This document shows, in pieces, positions 63,878 through 64,000 of a DNA stretch of 64,000 bases. Positions within the stretch are counted from its first letter, which is position 1, and each line of letters starts with the position of its first letter. Origin of the DNA: Candidatus Micrarchaeota archaeon (GTDB lineage Archaea; Micrarchaeota; Micrarchaeia; Anstonellales; Bilamarchaeaceae). Made by a program: the position numbers and the translations under genes. The notes beneath the pieces are model-generated. The model had not been told where the DNA came from, did not search any database, and saw only the letters and a list, made by a program, of their open reading frames with translations. The stretch covers positions 24,273 through 88,272 of the forward strand of contig JBDRPL010000019.1 in the NCBI GenBank assembly GCA_043827025.1. Direction: 5' to 3'.

Positions 63878-64000
63878 TTATTTCTCCATTTCCTTCTTCA
63901 GCCTTTCGTAATCTTCTTTCTGCCCTATATCTATCCATATTCCTTTGAGCTCATAGGCATTTATCTTCTCGCCTTTTTCAAGCAATCTAGGAAATACGTT
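63878..64000 (-). CDS. 3' end of a sugar-phosphate nucleotidyltransferase gene (partial; continues beyond the window)
   Basis: The minus-strand frame ends ...NVFPRLLEKGEKINAYELKGIWIDIGQKEDYERLKKEMEK-stop at 63878. The GxWxDIGxxEDY segment is typical of the C-terminal region of NTP-sugar transferases. Confidence 0.5.
   Translation of the reverse strand, partial: NVFPRLLEKGEKINAYELKGIWIDIGQKEDYERLKKEMEK

Noticed and set aside
1-64000. Search for rRNA genes, CRISPR arrays, transposases/integrases and toxin-antitoxin pairs
   Set aside because: No 16S/23S/5S-like conserved stretches, no regularly spaced direct repeats, no DDE/tyrosine recombinase motifs and no small adjacent TA-like gene pairs were seen. 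Their absence is reported, not asserted as proof.

Overview
This is an AT-rich (about 40% GC) archaeal chromosomal window. It has a split rpoB (B''/B'), a split rpoA (A'/A''), the rpoH-rpoB2-rpoB1-rpoA1-rpoA2-rpl30e-nusA operon, aEF-1alpha, enolase, archaeal DnaG and ScpA/ScpB. Gene content and coding style suggest a small-genome, DPANN-like or euryarchaeal lineage. Housekeeping genes include guaA-A, purA, speE, asnS, aspS, valS, eno, surE, a class II-like HMG-CoA reductase and sppA. Between them sit accessory-looking loci: (1) five contiguous genes for type IV pilin-like proteins with class III signal peptides, one 515 aa long, with no assembly ATPase or platform in the window; (2) several large secreted or membrane-anchored Cys-rich and beta-helix/LamG surface proteins; (3) a TPR-AAA+ fusion with a C-terminal hydrophobic tail; (4) a PEP-synthase-like ATP-grasp protein whose swivel motif appears to lack the catalytic His; (5) a TPM/LemA pair with a duplicated TM+Gly-rich tail mini-ORF; (6) an NcsA/TtuA-type tRNA thiolase near a ThiS/SAMP-like GG protein; (7) an asnA-like AsnRS paralog divergent from an Lrp/AsnC regulator. 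RNA features are a tRNA-Ser(UGA) on the minus strand that appears to carry a ~40-nt non-canonical intron in the D-loop, and a ~215-nt GC-rich RNA candidate with a perfect 8-bp terminal helix (24554-24769). A 630-nt ORF-poor region with raised GC (33035-33665) may hold a further RNA or a decayed gene. The RNA polymerase operon stops after nusA; no rps12-rps7-fusA follow, and tuf stands alone behind a long hairpin-rich leader. Recurrent BRE/TATA modules and operator-like repeats are visible. No CRISPR array, rRNA, integrase, transposase or reverse transcriptase was found. All calls rest on motifs recognised by eye, so product names are family-level hypotheses and starts are approximate.
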